From Chiloscyllium plagiosum (lineage: Eukaryota): a stretch of DNA of 64,000 nucleotides. A program made the translations under genes and the position numbers. The stretch covers positions 13,042,201 through 13,106,200 of the forward strand of contig NC_057718.1 of the NCBI RefSeq assembly GCF_004010195.1. Reading direction: 5' to 3'. This document shows, piece by piece, positions 11,996-24,583 of this stretch. How positions within the stretch are numbered: position 1 is the stretch's first letter; every line of letters starts with the position of its first letter. The notes under the pieces were generated by a model. It was given only the letters and a program-made list of their open reading frames with translations. It searched no databases and was not told the origin of the DNA.

Positions 11996-12880
11996 GTTTG
12001 ATATGTAGATGACGGTAGGGCAGTTGACGTTGTGTAAAATCTTTGATGAGGTTCCACATGGTAAGCTGTTGGAGAAACTGCAGAGGCATGGGATTGAGGG
12101 TGATTTAGCAGTTTGGATTAGAAACTGGCTTTCTGGAAGAAGGCAGTGAGTTGTGGTTGATGAAAAATATTCAGCCTGGAGTCCAGTTACTAATGGTGTG
12201 CCACAAGGACCTGTTTTGGGACCACTGCTGTTTGTCATTTTTATAAATGACTTGGACGCAGGCATAGGTGGATGGGTTAGTAAGTTTGCAGATGACATTA
12301 AAGTTGGTGGAGTAGTGGACAGGGTGGAAGAATATTACAGGTTGCAGGGGGACTTGGATAAACTGCAGAATTGGGCTGAGAGGTGGCAAATGGAGTTCAA
12401 TGCAGCTAAATGTGAGGTGATGCACTTTGGATAGAATAACAGGAAGGCAGAGTACTGGGTCAATGTAAATATTCTTGGTAGTGTGAATGTTCAGAGGGAT
12501 CTTGGAATCCATGTACATAGATCCCTGAAAGTTGCCACCCAGGTTGATAGTGCTGTTAAGAAGGCATATAGTGTGTTAGGTTTTATTAGTAGAGGCAATG
12601 AGTTCCGGAGCCGTAATGTCATGTCGCAACTATACAAAATGCTAGTGCAACCGCACTTGAAATATTGTGTACAGTTCTGGTCGCCCCATTACAGGAAGGA
12701 TGTGGAAGCATTGGAAAAGGTGCAGAGGAGATTTACCAGGAAGTTGCCTGGTCTGGAGGGAAGCTCTTATGAGGAAAGGCTGAGAGACTTGGGTCTGTTC
12801 TCATTGAAAAGAAGGTGACTAAGAGGGAATTTGAGAGAGACATACAAGATGATCAGAGGATTAGATAGGGTAGACAGTGA
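11995..12880 (+). mobile_element. CR1 LINE RT fragment
   Basis: [29 protein letters not shown] and YCVQFWSPHY. Same subfamily as 56452-58105. Confidence 0.93.
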
Positions 12881-13682
12881 AAGGCAGCATCCAAGGAGCA
12901 GGAAAATCGACGTTTCGGGCAGGAGCCCTTCATCAGGAATGAGGCTAGGAGCGTGGGGGTAGAGAGATAAATGGGAGGGGGTGGGGCTGGGAGGAAGGTA
13001 GCTGAGAGAGCAATAGGTGGATGGAGGTGGGGGTGAAGGTGAAAGGTCAGAGAGGAGGGTGGAGCGGAAATGGTGGAAATGTCATTGTATCCATTGCTCC
13101 TGATGCGGTCTCCTTTACCATGGGGAGACTGGATGCCTTCTCACAGAGCGCTTTTGGGCACATCTCCAGGACACCCGCACCAATCAACCCCGTCACCCCG
13201 TAGCCGAACATTTCACCTCCCCTTCCCACTCTGCCAAGGACATGCAGGTCTTGGGCCTCTTTCATTGCCACTCCCTCACCACCCGACACCTGGAGGAAGA
13301 ACACCTCATCTTCTGCCTCGGAACACTTCAACCCCAGGGAATCAATACGGACTTCACCATATTCCTCATTTCCCTTTCCCCCACCTTACCCCAGTTCCAA
13401 CCTTCCAACTCAGCACCGTCCTCATGACCTGTCCTGCCTGCCAATCTTCCTTCCCACCTATACACTCCACACTCCTCTCTGACCTATCATCTTTATCCTC
13501 ACCTCCATCCACCTATTGCACTCTTAGCTACCTTCTCCCCAGCCCTTCCCATTTATCTCTCCATCCCGGAGGCTCCCAGCCTCATTCCTGATGAAGGGCT
13601 ACTGCCCGAAACATTGATTTTCCTGCTCCTCGGATGTTGCCTGACTTGCTGTACTTTTCCAGCACCACTCTAATCTTGACTC
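12881..13682 (+). mobile_element. Penelope-like element with inverted termini around a GIY-YIG fragment
   Basis: Reverse pLTR about 12881-13070, CIHCS*CGLLYHGETG and LEEEHLIFCLGTLQPQGIN, forward pLTR ending about 13682. Confidence 0.9.
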
Positions 13683-14099
13683 CCCATGACCTTTGTAGAG
13701 AATTGCCCAGCTCTCCCAGTAATATATTACTAAATCTCTGAAGATAAGAGTACCAGGTCACCGAGGAAGCATCTGCAAGATTGCTTCCTGCAACCCTTAC
13801 CATTCCAGATGCTAAAAATTAGGCATGGATTGTTGGTACACAATCTGGTGAGCACCTCACTGCGACAGTTCCACAGCTAGCCAAGGAAAAAATATCTAAG
13901 TTTTCTGGCACTCAAAGGACTACCGGAGACCAGACACCTGCTCAATCACAGGCAGGAGATGGTCGTGTGGCATTGGTAATCAGGGACTTCACCCAAATGC
14001 ATAAGGCAGAGCTGCAGCAGCAGACAGACATATGGGACATAATGGCCCTCGTTGCTCGGAAGCTGCATTCATGTCGAAAGTCATGTAACCATCTGGCTG

Positions 14100-14680
14100 C
14101 CTTCATGGACGGTTGCCATGGAGTACCAGGCTCAAGAAAGGGGCAGTTCTAGACTAGAAATGAGCCAAACTTGGGGAAGGTGTATCAATAGGGGAGCATT
14201 TTGGAGATCGTGACCATAACTCAGTTAGATTTAAGTAAGTAATGAGTGGAAAAGGATAAGGATGGCTGGGAATAAAAGCACTAAATTGGGGAAAGCTAAT
14301 TTTACTAAGATATGATTTGGCACAAGTGGACTGGGAGCAAGTAAAACTGTCAGACCAGTGAGAGGCATTTGAAGAGGAAATAGTGAGAGTACAAGCAAAT
14401 TTATTTCAATAAAGACAAAGGGCAAGACCATTTCTGGAGAACCCTAGATGTCAAGGGACATGAAGAATAAGAATAAGAAAAAAATGTGAAACTTAACGGC
14501 AGATACCGAAGGATCAATATGGCAAAGTCCCTTGAAGATTATAAGAAATGCTAATGCGAGTGAACTTCTAAAGGAAATTAAGAAGTTAAGTGTACATGGG
14601 AAATCATGGGCAGGTAGAATAAAGGAAACCCAAAGGAATGTTTAAAAATATTTAAAGAAGACAATAACTAGGGAAAGAGT
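14100..14680 (+). mobile_element. Decayed CR1 ORF2 fragment
   Basis: GEHFGDRDHNSVRF..LNWGKANF endonuclease-end motif. Confidence 0.7.
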
Positions 14681-14844
14681 AGGATGCTGGAAATCTGAAA
14701 CAAATAAAAACAGAAATTGCTGGAGAATCATAATTTGCTCAAGAAGAGTCAAAAAGGCTTCATGAAAGGGAAATCTTGTCTACTTTATTCTTATGATTTT
14801 ATCATCGAGTGTATCTAAGACAGAGATTGATGTGTTCTGGAATT

Positions 14845-15170
14845 TTTTTTAAACCCTCATTCATGGGATGAGGGCATCACTGGCTAGGCCAGCATTTATT
14901 GCCCAATTCTATTTGCCCAGAGGGCAGTTAAGAGTCAACAACATTGCTGTGGATCTAGAGTCACATGTAGGTCAGACCAGGTGAGAATAGCAGATTTCCT
15001 TCCATGAAAGGCATGAGTGAACCAGATGGGGTTTTTAAAAATTGAATTCAAGGTATAACCAGACATTTTTTCATTGACTTCAAATTCTACCATCTGCCAT
15101 GTTCCCAGAACATTAGCTGAGTTTATGGGTCAATAGTCCAGCGATAATACCATTTGGGCATTTCCTACCT
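14845..15170 (-). mobile_element. tRNA-headed SINE (tentatively Deu-SINE/SacSINE1-like)
   Basis: Shares core cctacatgtgactc..cagcaatgt.gttgactct and 3' tail with copies near 21400, 37280 and 43780. Confidence 0.6.
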
Positions 15171-15235
15171 AATTGGTAAGGGAATCAAGGTTTACGGGGA
15201 GAAGGCAAGAGAACGGGCTTGAGAAATACATCAGG

Positions 15236-16020
15236 TAGGTAAAAACAATGACTACAGAAGCTGGAAACCAGATTCTGGATTAGTGGTGCTGGAAGAGCAC
15301 AGCAGCTCAGGCAGCATCCGAGGAGCAGTAAAATCGACGTTTCGGACAAAAGCCCTTGATCAGGAATAAAGCCAGAGCCTGAAGGGTAGAGAGATAAGCT
15401 AGAGGAGGGTGGAGGTGGGGAGAAAGTAGCATAGAGTACAATAGGTGAGTGGGGGAGGGGATGAAGGTGATAGATCAAGGAGGAGGGTGGAGTGGATAGG
15501 TGGAAAAGAAGATAGGCAGGTAGGACAAGTCATGGGGACAGTGCTGAGCTGGACGTTTGGAACTAGGGTGAGGTGGAGGAAGGGGAAATGAGGAAACTGT
15601 TGAAGTCCACATTGATGCCCTGGGGTTGAAGTGTTCCGAGGCGGAAGATGAGGCATTCTTCCTCCAGGCGTCTNNNNNNNNNNNNNNNNNNNNNNNNNNN
15701 NNNNNNNNNNNNNNNNNNNNNNNNNNNNNNNNNNNNNNNNNNNNNNNNNNNNNNNNNNNNNNNNNNNNNNNNNNNNNNNNNNNNNNNNNNNNNNNNNNNN
15801 NNNNNNNNNNNNNNNNNNNNNNNNNNNNNNNNNNNNNNNNNNNNNNNNNNNNNNNNNNNNNNACTTTCTCTCCACCCCCACCCTCCTCTAGCTTATCTCT
15901 CCACCCTTCAGGCTCTCTGCCTTTATTCCTGATGAGGGGCTTTTGCCCGAAACATCGATTTTACTGCTCCTCAGATGCTGCCTGAACTGCTGTACTCTTC
16001 TAGCACCACTAATTGAGAAT
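15236..16020. mobile_element. Penelope-like element with inverted termini, interrupted by an assembly gap
   Basis: Minus-strand pLTR plus GIY-YIG end (15236-15673); plus-strand pLTR (15862-16020). Confidence 0.88.
15674..15861. other. Assembly gap (N run)
   Basis: Run of N. Confidence 1.
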
Positions 16021-16054
16021 TTTATCAGCCAAGATCAAATAGCAGAGCAGACTT

Positions 16055-16315
16055 TTTTTTTCTAGATTAGAGTACCTACAGGCCCTTTGGCCCAATAAAT
16101 CCATATTGACCCTCTGAAGAGCAATCCACCCAAACCCATTTCCCTCTGACTAATGCATCTCACACTGCGGGCAATTTAGCATGGCCAACTCACCTGACCT
16201 GTGGTAGGAAACTGGAGCACCCAAAGAAAACCCACACAGACCTGAGGCTGAAATTGAACCTGGGACCTTTGGTGCAGTGAGGCAGCAGTGCTAACCACTG
16301 AGCCACTGTGCCACT
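16055..16315 (-). mobile_element. HE1-like SINE, internally deleted
   Basis: Reverse complement of the head gtggcacagtggctcagtggttagcactgctgcctcac, plus V-domain pieces. Confidence 0.75.
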
Positions 16316-16908
16316 TGATGGGCTGTATGGCCTACTTATGCTCCTATGTCATATGATCTTATGAGGGACCAAGGAGGTATTCTCTGGTTGGACCTAGAAG
16401 ATGTGTGCATCGTCTTCAATGAATATTTTGCATGGGCTTTCACAAAGGAAAAGAACGAGGCAGGATTGGACATTAGTGTGGAGGACTTTGAAATATTAAA
16501 TAAAACTAAGAGATAGGAGTACTAGAGATTTTAGCCTGAAAATCTGCAAGCCTTGATGAGATGTATCTAAAGCTGATGAGATATCCCAGACAGCTGAAGT
16601 ATGCAAGGGAGGAGATGTCAGGGGTCCAGCAGCAATTTCAAATCCTCTCTGTCTACAGGTGAGGTGTCAGAGGACTGGAGGGTTGCTAACGTTAAAAAAG
16701 GAAGTGACAGACCAGGAAATTACAGGCCACTCAACCTAACCTTGGTGGTGGGGAAGTTGTTAGAAACAATTCTGAGGGACAGAATATATCTGCATTTGGA
16801 GAGATGCAGATTAATCAGGGATAGTAGGCATGGATTTCTGAAGCAACATAATGTTTGACAAATTTAATCAAATTATTTTAGGAGGTAAACAGGACTGTTG
16901 ATGAGGAT

Positions 16909-17038
16909 AGGAGAAAGTGAGGTCTGCAGATGCTGGAGATCAAAGTTGAAACTTTATTGCTGGAACAGCACAGCAGGTCAGGCAGCATCCAGGGAACAGG
17001 AGATTCGACGTTTCGGGCACAGGCCCTTCTTCAGGAAT
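16909..17038 (-). mobile_element. 130-bp Penelope-terminus unit beginning with a hammerhead motif
   Basis: Practically the same boundaries as 56182-56312; replaces part of the host CR1. Confidence 0.85.
17003..17038 (-). ncRNA. Minimal type-I hammerhead ribozyme motif (best-preserved copy)
   Basis: Minus strand AUUC-CUGAAGA-A-GGGC(CUGU)GCCC-GAAAC-GUC-GAAU: conserved core, stem II, 4-bp stem I and GUC cleavage triplet. Confidence 0.75.
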
Positions 17039-18442
17039 GCCTTTGATAAAACAGACTGATCAAGAAAGTTAAGGCCCAAGGAATCCAAGTCAAAGTGGCA
17101 TATTTGATTCAAAATTAGCTGACAGGTAGGAGGCAAAGAGGAATGCTTTGGTGATTGGAAATGTCTTTCAGGTGGTGTTCCACTGTGTTCAATGTTAGAG
17201 TCCTTCCTGTTTCTGGTGTATATTAATAGTTTGGATTTATATATAGGGAGTATAATTAAGAAGTTAATGGATTACATGAACATTGACAGAGTGGTATATA
17301 GTGAGGAGGATAGCTGTAAAAGCCATGAGGATTTTAACAAACTTGTCAGTTGAGCAGAACAGTGGCAGAGGGGATTCAATCTGGAAAGTGTGAGGTTATG
17401 CACTTAGAATGGGCTAAAAGGCAAGGATTATACTATGTATGGTAAAGAGCCTGGAAAGTACTAAAGGTCAGAAGGACCTTGATGTGCATATCCACAGATC
17501 CCTTAAGTTTGCAGGGCAGATAGATAAGGTGGTCAAGAAGTCACATGGGATACACGCCTTTATTAGCTGAGGCACAGAATACAAGACAGGGAGGTTACGG
17601 TGAAACTGTATAAAACACTGGTGAGGCCACAACTGGAGTACTATCTTATGGTCACATTTTAGGTTAGTTTGTTTTCCTTGAAGCAATGAAGGTTAACAGG
17701 GGATGTTTTTGATCGGCATATGGGCTAAAGGGCCTTTTTCTGTGCTGCAGACTTCCAATATACTAGCTGTGTAAGATTAAGGACCAGTCGTCAAAGAGAT
17801 ATTCAGGTAAATGAATCAAATATATTTCTTCTTGTATGTCAAGAGAATTTCAGACTTTAATTTCTTTGTGACATTTTCTGCCTTGCTTATCTTTGACAAA
17901 TTTTACCTACTTACAATGCGTATTATTGTGTGCCAGCATTATTAGGATGAACAACTGAAACAAGAAAAACACACTAGATTCAGCCACAGGCAGGAGTAGC
18001 AGCTATGGAAATAATGGGAATTTCTAGGATGGGAACAGTGCAGTCCCAGATGAGGTCAGGCAACACAAGTAGCTTTTTAAACACTACTTCAGTGACTTTG
18101 GGAGATCAATTAAATGTAACTTTACTGATGACTGGACAGAATTTACATGCTTCACAACAATGAACACAACTGTCCAAACTATATCCCGAGTTGCATATTT
18201 TCAGCTGGCTTCTACCAGTTTCTGGTGGTTCTTCAACTAATTGAAATTAATGGTGAAACATGGTAACAAACAGTAAGAATGCAGAAGCAATTTTAACTAC
18301 CCAGCCCACCGAATGTTAAATATACCCCTTTTGTACGTAGCCAATGGAAGTAGAGCTGACTGCAATTAGACACTTATAAAAGGTGATATACTCTTCAGAA
18401 AATATAAGTCAAAATAAGTACAGTTAATAAATTATTACATAC

Positions 18443-18885
18443 CTTGGTTCTTGTATAAAAATGTGCAGTTATTTGATAGCTATAGTTAGTCATCCAATTA
18501 AGCAGATTCTTATTGTGATCTATTATCTCTATTTGTAATCCGCTTTCCTGCTTGTATATAATTTCAGCCCAAAAATGCAGCGATTCTCCCATATCTAGAT
18601 AGTATATTGGGTACTCCAAGTTGTGCTTGAATTGCTGGAATGGACATTTTGGCTTGCTTTGCATTGATAAAGTACTATAAATTTCAGTCTCCAGAGGATA
18701 TTCATATTCTTGGATTACAGAATTGACTAATTTAATCACAAAAATCTGACTTAGGAGGTTGGAGTAAAGGATTATATTTGAATCATGTCGTTCCCATACG
18801 TGTAATCTCACCAGTGTGTTTATGCCAACTGTACCAAAAAGTATTAAATTGTTGACCATCTTGATGACAATATGCAATTTATGAT
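18443..18885 (-). CDS. CATSPERE: CATSPERE internal coding exon (443 nt; (D)HKLHIVIKMVNNLILF...HFYTRTK)
   Basis: Acceptor ttgttgcag, donor AAG/gtatgt. Phase-1 start fits the previous exon (G|AT = Asp). YPLETE..KCPFQQFKHN..YYLDMGESLHFWAEIIY..SGL matches human YPLHLE..KCPYMAFHNN..YFLDKGEALTVWTQIVY..TGL. Confidence 0.92.
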
Positions 18886-20689
18886 CTGCAACAATTGAAA
18901 AAAATAGAATATTGAATAAATTGAAATTAATTGTCTTCATCACAAAGCATGGCAAACTTTAACTTCCCATCTTCAGTCATGAAAAGTGTCTATGCAAATT
19001 TGTCAAGCAATGATGCTATGTCTAATCAATGGAAGTACTGCCATCAGTCACATTGTACCCTTGCAGTGAGATTTTTATACAGATAGTTTCCGTTGTAAAC
19101 GTGCATTTGGAACGCACAACGGAAATAAAGTAGCAAAATAAATAAAAGACAAGTAATAGAAATATATTGTCAAAAATAACAAAAAATAAGGCATAAAGTG
19201 AAAGTGGGCTAAGTTGGATGGCAGATTGGAAAGGGACAGCAAAAGCTTAAGTTGCAAAATGGGTCAATGGGATAGGTGAGTGGCAGTGAGAGTGAATATC
19301 TCACGGAACGAAGATGGGGAGGCAAATATGAATTGGCAAAAGGAAAAATTTGTTGCAGGTGAATATGAAGAATCAATGAATGTGGCATAGTGAATGCTAA
19401 GAGAAAACCATTTTATTGAATCCCTAACTGTTGTCTTAAAAGTTTGCTCATGACATTTAAATTGACTAAACATGTTAGGATATCTATTGACACGCTGGCT
19501 CTGGGCCAGAGGTTTTGGGTTCAAATCCTACTCTGGAAGTTGATGGCCAAGGAAGGTGGGCTCAAAGCATGGCCAAACAGTTGAATATTAATTTCTAACA
19601 ATTGTTAGTAGCAGATGGCAAGAGTGGAAGGAATTCCTGCTCAGTTAAGTAATGGGAAAAATTGGATTCTTTATCATTGTTATCAATATTTTCAGGCTAC
19701 AATTTGCATGTAAAACTGTATATTCCACAACAGTTTAGATTCCTTAAGGAGCTGGCTAGCTCACATGACTGGGTCAGATCACTACTAATAGCACAGGGTG
19801 CCACAGTAGATTTTGGATTTGCCTCCTTACACTACCGGAAACAGAAATCATGGCTTCATTGGTTGGTCAGAGAACCCAAGAATAAGAAATTTGAAATGTT
19901 GGAAAAATGTTGGATTCCAAGGATCCAGCAAATTAGCAGATTACCTGATGCTCTAGGGAGAGGCAAGATGTTGTTTAAGATGAGAATCTGGAAAGGCAGA
20001 CCAAGCTCATTTGAAGTAGGTTAATAAACTGATCACCAAAGACAGTAGTTGGATATTTAAAGGATGAGGAGTTACATTCTCCCCAAGTCGCCAGCTAGTC
20101 ATAAGTTCCTCATTTGAAGTTTAAGTGTGCAAAGGGGAGAAGTTGGTCAGGTCTTGCAATAGGGCAATTATATTATCTACTATGTAAAATGTGTTTATTC
20201 CATGACACAATAAGAACTAGGTAATTACAATAAAACAAAATATGCTGAGCTTTCTGCGGCTGGATAAAGGGGATAGCATGGGGGTAAATAAAAATACAGC
20301 AAATGCAGATGAAATAAAAACAGGAAACAATGCAAATACTCAGCAGTTTAGGCAGCGTGAAGAGAAATCATATTAATATTTTGGGTTGATGATCACCTTT
20401 TTACATAAGGACTTGGATTATTCATCTCAATTAATAATGCAAAGTTTGACAAAAAAAGCTGTGACCAAATTAAGGCAACAGATGGTTCAGCCAGATATTG
20501 TGTGCACACAAACATGAGATTTTTAATATGTATCACATTATATTTAGAGATAAATTTATAAACGCTGTTTAAAAAATTAGACTCTCAGTGCACACTGTGA
20601 CTTGCCAGGAAGATAAAAATAAAACGGGAGGTCAACGCATCCAATTCAGAGCTATAAGTTTACCTCAGTGTGTCAGGGTTGCAAAATCA

Positions 20690-21360
20690 TCTCGACATTT
20701 TTTTAGTGGAAAGCAAGGACATTTTTAAACAGAGTATTTCCAACACCTGCCTTTCCCTTTAAGTAAACTCAACTGGGTTTTGTGCTAAAAATGCAAGTGA
20801 GGCAACAGTGCTCACTTACTATTGAGTAAATCAGCCAGGAACCTTGGCTTCCACACATGCATTTAAATGCAGAAACCAATGAGCCACTGTCGAAGTTGCC
20901 TTGCTCCTTCAAAAGTTTGGTAACATTGGTCCCTCACCTCTTGAATACATAAAACCAACTGTTTGTAATTTCCTAATCAAAGCTTTCAGTTGTTCCAAGT
21001 TGTCCCCTCAAGCAACAGTACACCATCATTATAAACTACACAATTAGGAATGCAAGCTGCTTAGTTCTTCAACCTCTGGAAAGTTTCTGGACACAATTTT
21101 TAACCTGAATGGAATCACTTTGCATTGGAAACAACCATCTAGTGTGATAAAAGCTGATATCTCTTTAGCTCTGGGTGCTAAAGAAACTTGCTGGTACATT
21201 TTTAATCAATCTATTTTGGTCAGAAATCTGACAATGCCAAACCAAACAGGTGCAGTTGAATAGGAGTATCTCTGTTGCAGTATTGACTTTTCTGCAGACA
21301 ATCAGGATTTTGTTAAGTCATACTAGCACAATTGGGGAATTCCAACTGCTTTGACTAGGT
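20690..21360 (-). mobile_element. Gypsy reverse-transcriptase remnant
   Basis: Broken minus-strand translation SSWNSPIVLV..RKVNTAT..APRAKEISAFITLDGCFQCKVIPF..IPNCVVYNDGVL (decayed YIDD). Confidence 0.75.
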
Positions 21361-21389
21361 TTAATTAGGCTGCTTTCCAACAAGGAAGG

Positions 21390-22782
21390 CACCATCTAAG
21401 TGGTATTAACCAGAAATTTAGCTAATATTTTGGGAACCCGAATCCTGCCGCAGTAGATGATGAAATTTGAATTCAATTAAAAAAAATCTGAAATTATTAA
21501 CCTACTGATGACAATTAAACCATTATTTTGGAAAATCCTCCGAGTTCACTAATCTCCTTCAGGGAAGGTAGTCTGCCACCCATATCTAGTCTGGTCTAGC
21601 CTACATGTGACTCCGAAGACACAACAATGTTGTTGACTCTGACATGACCTAACAAGCCATTTAGTTGCAATGGTCACTATGAAATCTGAAGAAAGAAAAG
21701 AAACTGAATGGACCACCTGGCATTGACCTAGATCCTGGAAGAAATAATAGCCAGAAGAGAACCCTGTCAACCTTGCAAAGTCCTCCCTAACACCTGGAGG
21801 TTAGTGGCAGAAGTGGGAGAGCTACAGTACAGACTGGTCAAACATCAGCTTGATAGCGTAAGGTATGATTGTATGAGTAGGTTTGAGACACCACCATTGT
21901 TACTCCTGGATTTGTCTTTTTTCACCAGCAAGATAGACCTAGCAGAGTTGGCACCTAGATGGTAAAGAGTCAGGAGGGAATTGCCCTAAGATTCCTCTGT
22001 GGTAACAATTTTATCACATACATCCCATGCAATGACATTGACAATAAAAGACAATCTAACCACCATCCCTTGACACTCAATGGTGTTACCATCACTGAAT
22101 GGCACCCACATCAACGTCTTAGAGGTTAGGATCCATTGTTCAGAAACTCAACTGAACTCACCATATAAATACAGTGGCTACAAAAGCAGGTCAGAGGCTA
22201 GAATTATTGTAGCAAGTAACTCACTTCCTGACTCTCTAAATCCCATCCACCAGCTACAAGGTACAAGTCAAGAGTGTAATGAAATATTTGCATAGATGAG
22301 CGCAGCTCCAACAAAACCCAAGAAGCTTGACACCATTCAGGACAAAGCAGTCGGCTTAATTGGTACCATATCCATAAATATCCAATCCCTCCACCATTGG
22401 ACACTCAGTGGCAGCAGTATGTACAATCTATAAGACGCACTGCAGAAATTTTCCAAAGATTCCTAGAAAACACCTCCCAAACCTACGACCACTTCCATCT
22501 AGAAATATAAGGGTAGCAGATACATTGGAACATCATGACTTGCAAGTTCCCCTCCAAGCCACACACATTATGACTTGGAAATATATCATCATTCCTTCAC
22601 TGTCATTGGGTCAAAATCTTGGAAATGCCTTCCTAAGGGCATTGTGAGTATTCCTCCAGAACATGGACTGCAATGGAATCCACGAAGGCAGCTCACCATC
22701 ACCTTCTCAAGAGCAATTAGGGATGGATAATAAATACTGACCAGCCAACAACACCCACATCCCACAAGTGAATAAAAAAAAA
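21390..22782 (+). mobile_element. SINE-like head (about 21390-21670) followed by an internally deleted L2/CR1-group LINE with poly(A) tail
   Basis: YKVQVKSVMKY..MSAAPTKPKKLDTIQDKAVGLI near 22255-22360; tail ..cccacatcccacaagtgaataaaaaaaaa. Confidence 0.7.
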
Positions 22783-24583
22783 TCAACTTGCAGTACTTAC
22801 CTTCTGGTTAGCTACTGAAAATATCAGAAAATGTTAGTGAATTCAAGAAATCTTAACATGATAAATTCTAACCTTGTGGATAACCTCTCTGGCTTTGAAA
22901 ATTAACCCTTACTAACTGTAGTCTGTAATACATATTAAAAATGTTATATCTGCACACAATCTCCATCAGCACCATCTGACCTCCTATTATCTGCTTCTTC
23001 ATCCTTTCTACCGTTACAACCTTTTACATTACAAATTGCTGTGTTGATATATTCACACATCCTTCTGTAAACCTGCTGTGCTGTTTGTGGAATCAAAAGT
23101 GGATTTACATGTCTTTAAATTTCAAATACTTGTTGGATATGTTAATGTTTACAAGTAAAATAATTATTTCATAACTTTCTGATTTATTTATCCACCCTAC
23201 TATAATATCATTTTTCCTTCCTTCACTTTGTTTCAATTTCAGAACATGCTGTGACTTTGAACAAAAAAGGCTTCCTAGTTTAAACTCTGTAGCCCTGATA
23301 TTGATAGGGCAGGTTTCATACGTGCGGCAAAAGGGAAGAGTTTTGGTTACGAAGTCTGGGTTGCACTGTATAGAATTCAAGTTCTTAAAAGGCCATAGTA
23401 GCAGAAATGGCCTGAGTTAGTTGGAGCTCTTAGGGAGTGAGCATGACGGATGGGAAGATTTGTCCTTAAGGCTCGATAGGGTGCAGTCACTGGTGATTGT
23501 TCTAATACCTGTGGGTTGAGGGTAAGGGTGGGACGACTGATGGCAGTTGAAGAATTTAATAGAATGAATAAACTAAGTTTAGCTGGGTAGAAGCATGCTA
23601 CTCCTCCTGGTTCACTAGAAGTTCCATAATCTTTACCTTAACAATGTCCTTGCCTCCCTTGAGCTGACCCTATCAGCCAGATTTAAACCTATAAGACAGC
23701 TGTGATGGAAAACGTCTAACCTAATTATAATATTTTAATAGACCTCCTGCCTCAAGGGAATAGGAGATGGGTAGGTAGTAGAGCTGAGCAGATAGGCGAG
23801 TTGGTAATTAGGTTAATGGGTGGTTGGAAGTAAACAGCTGGTCAGGAATAGCCAGGTTGGGTAGGTAGTGTATTCAGGTTGGATCAAGAGGTATGTAGTG
23901 ATCAAGCAGGTAGTCAGGACAGTTTGGAAAGTTGTTCGGCCATTTGTATGTGCGTGTGTGTATTCACATATGTGTGTAGGGGGGTGGTCAATTAGGTCCA
24001 GTTGGGCAAGTAGTCAGTGGTTGGGATGTAGTTGGCTCAGGTCAGGGTAGTCGAATGGTAATCAGGTTGGGTCAGGTGTAGTTAATTAATCAGAGGTGAA
24101 AGTCAGATAATAGATGGATAGTTGGGTTGGGTTGGAATGGAAATTGAATTGGTTCAGTGGGGTGATAGGGCAGTCAGATTTGGAGTTACCCAAGTATTAA
24201 ACAAAGTTTAACATTTCCTGGGCAACTATTAGGGAAGTCACATGGATTTGTTACAAGTTTCTAATTCTAGCTCGAACTAAAAGGCATTTGCAGAGGGTCT
24301 GCATAGGATGGGATAATTGCCATTGCAAGTTTAACCTTCTCAGGCAATTCTGACATAGGTTCACGAGGGAAGACATCCACAAAATATCTGTTGTATGTTC
24401 AGCATCCAATGAAATGGAGTTTAGAAGATTGACTGCTATCAACAGACAGTTTTCAATGTGATGAGTGGCGCGCAATGTTTCTATGTCGCTGAATGGGCCA
24501 ACTAGCTTCACTACTTCTGTAACATTTCAATGTCAAGAATATATTTGTCAAAAAATGGTTAATTTATTAACAAACTACTTCAC

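Larger units (their letters stand above)
16365..17760 (+). mobile_element. Decayed CR1 LINE ORF2, interrupted by a PLE unit
   Basis: EDWRVANV..PGNYRPLNLTLVVGKLLE..RDSRHGF, and LYKTLVRPQLEY. Confidence 0.85.

Noticed and set aside
15399..15985. ORFs containing X runs
   Set aside because: Artefacts of the N gap.
23105..23380. 91-aa minus-strand ORF within a CATSPERE intron
   Set aside because: The flanking exons already join in frame and align contiguously to the mammalian protein; no convincing splice sites or homology.
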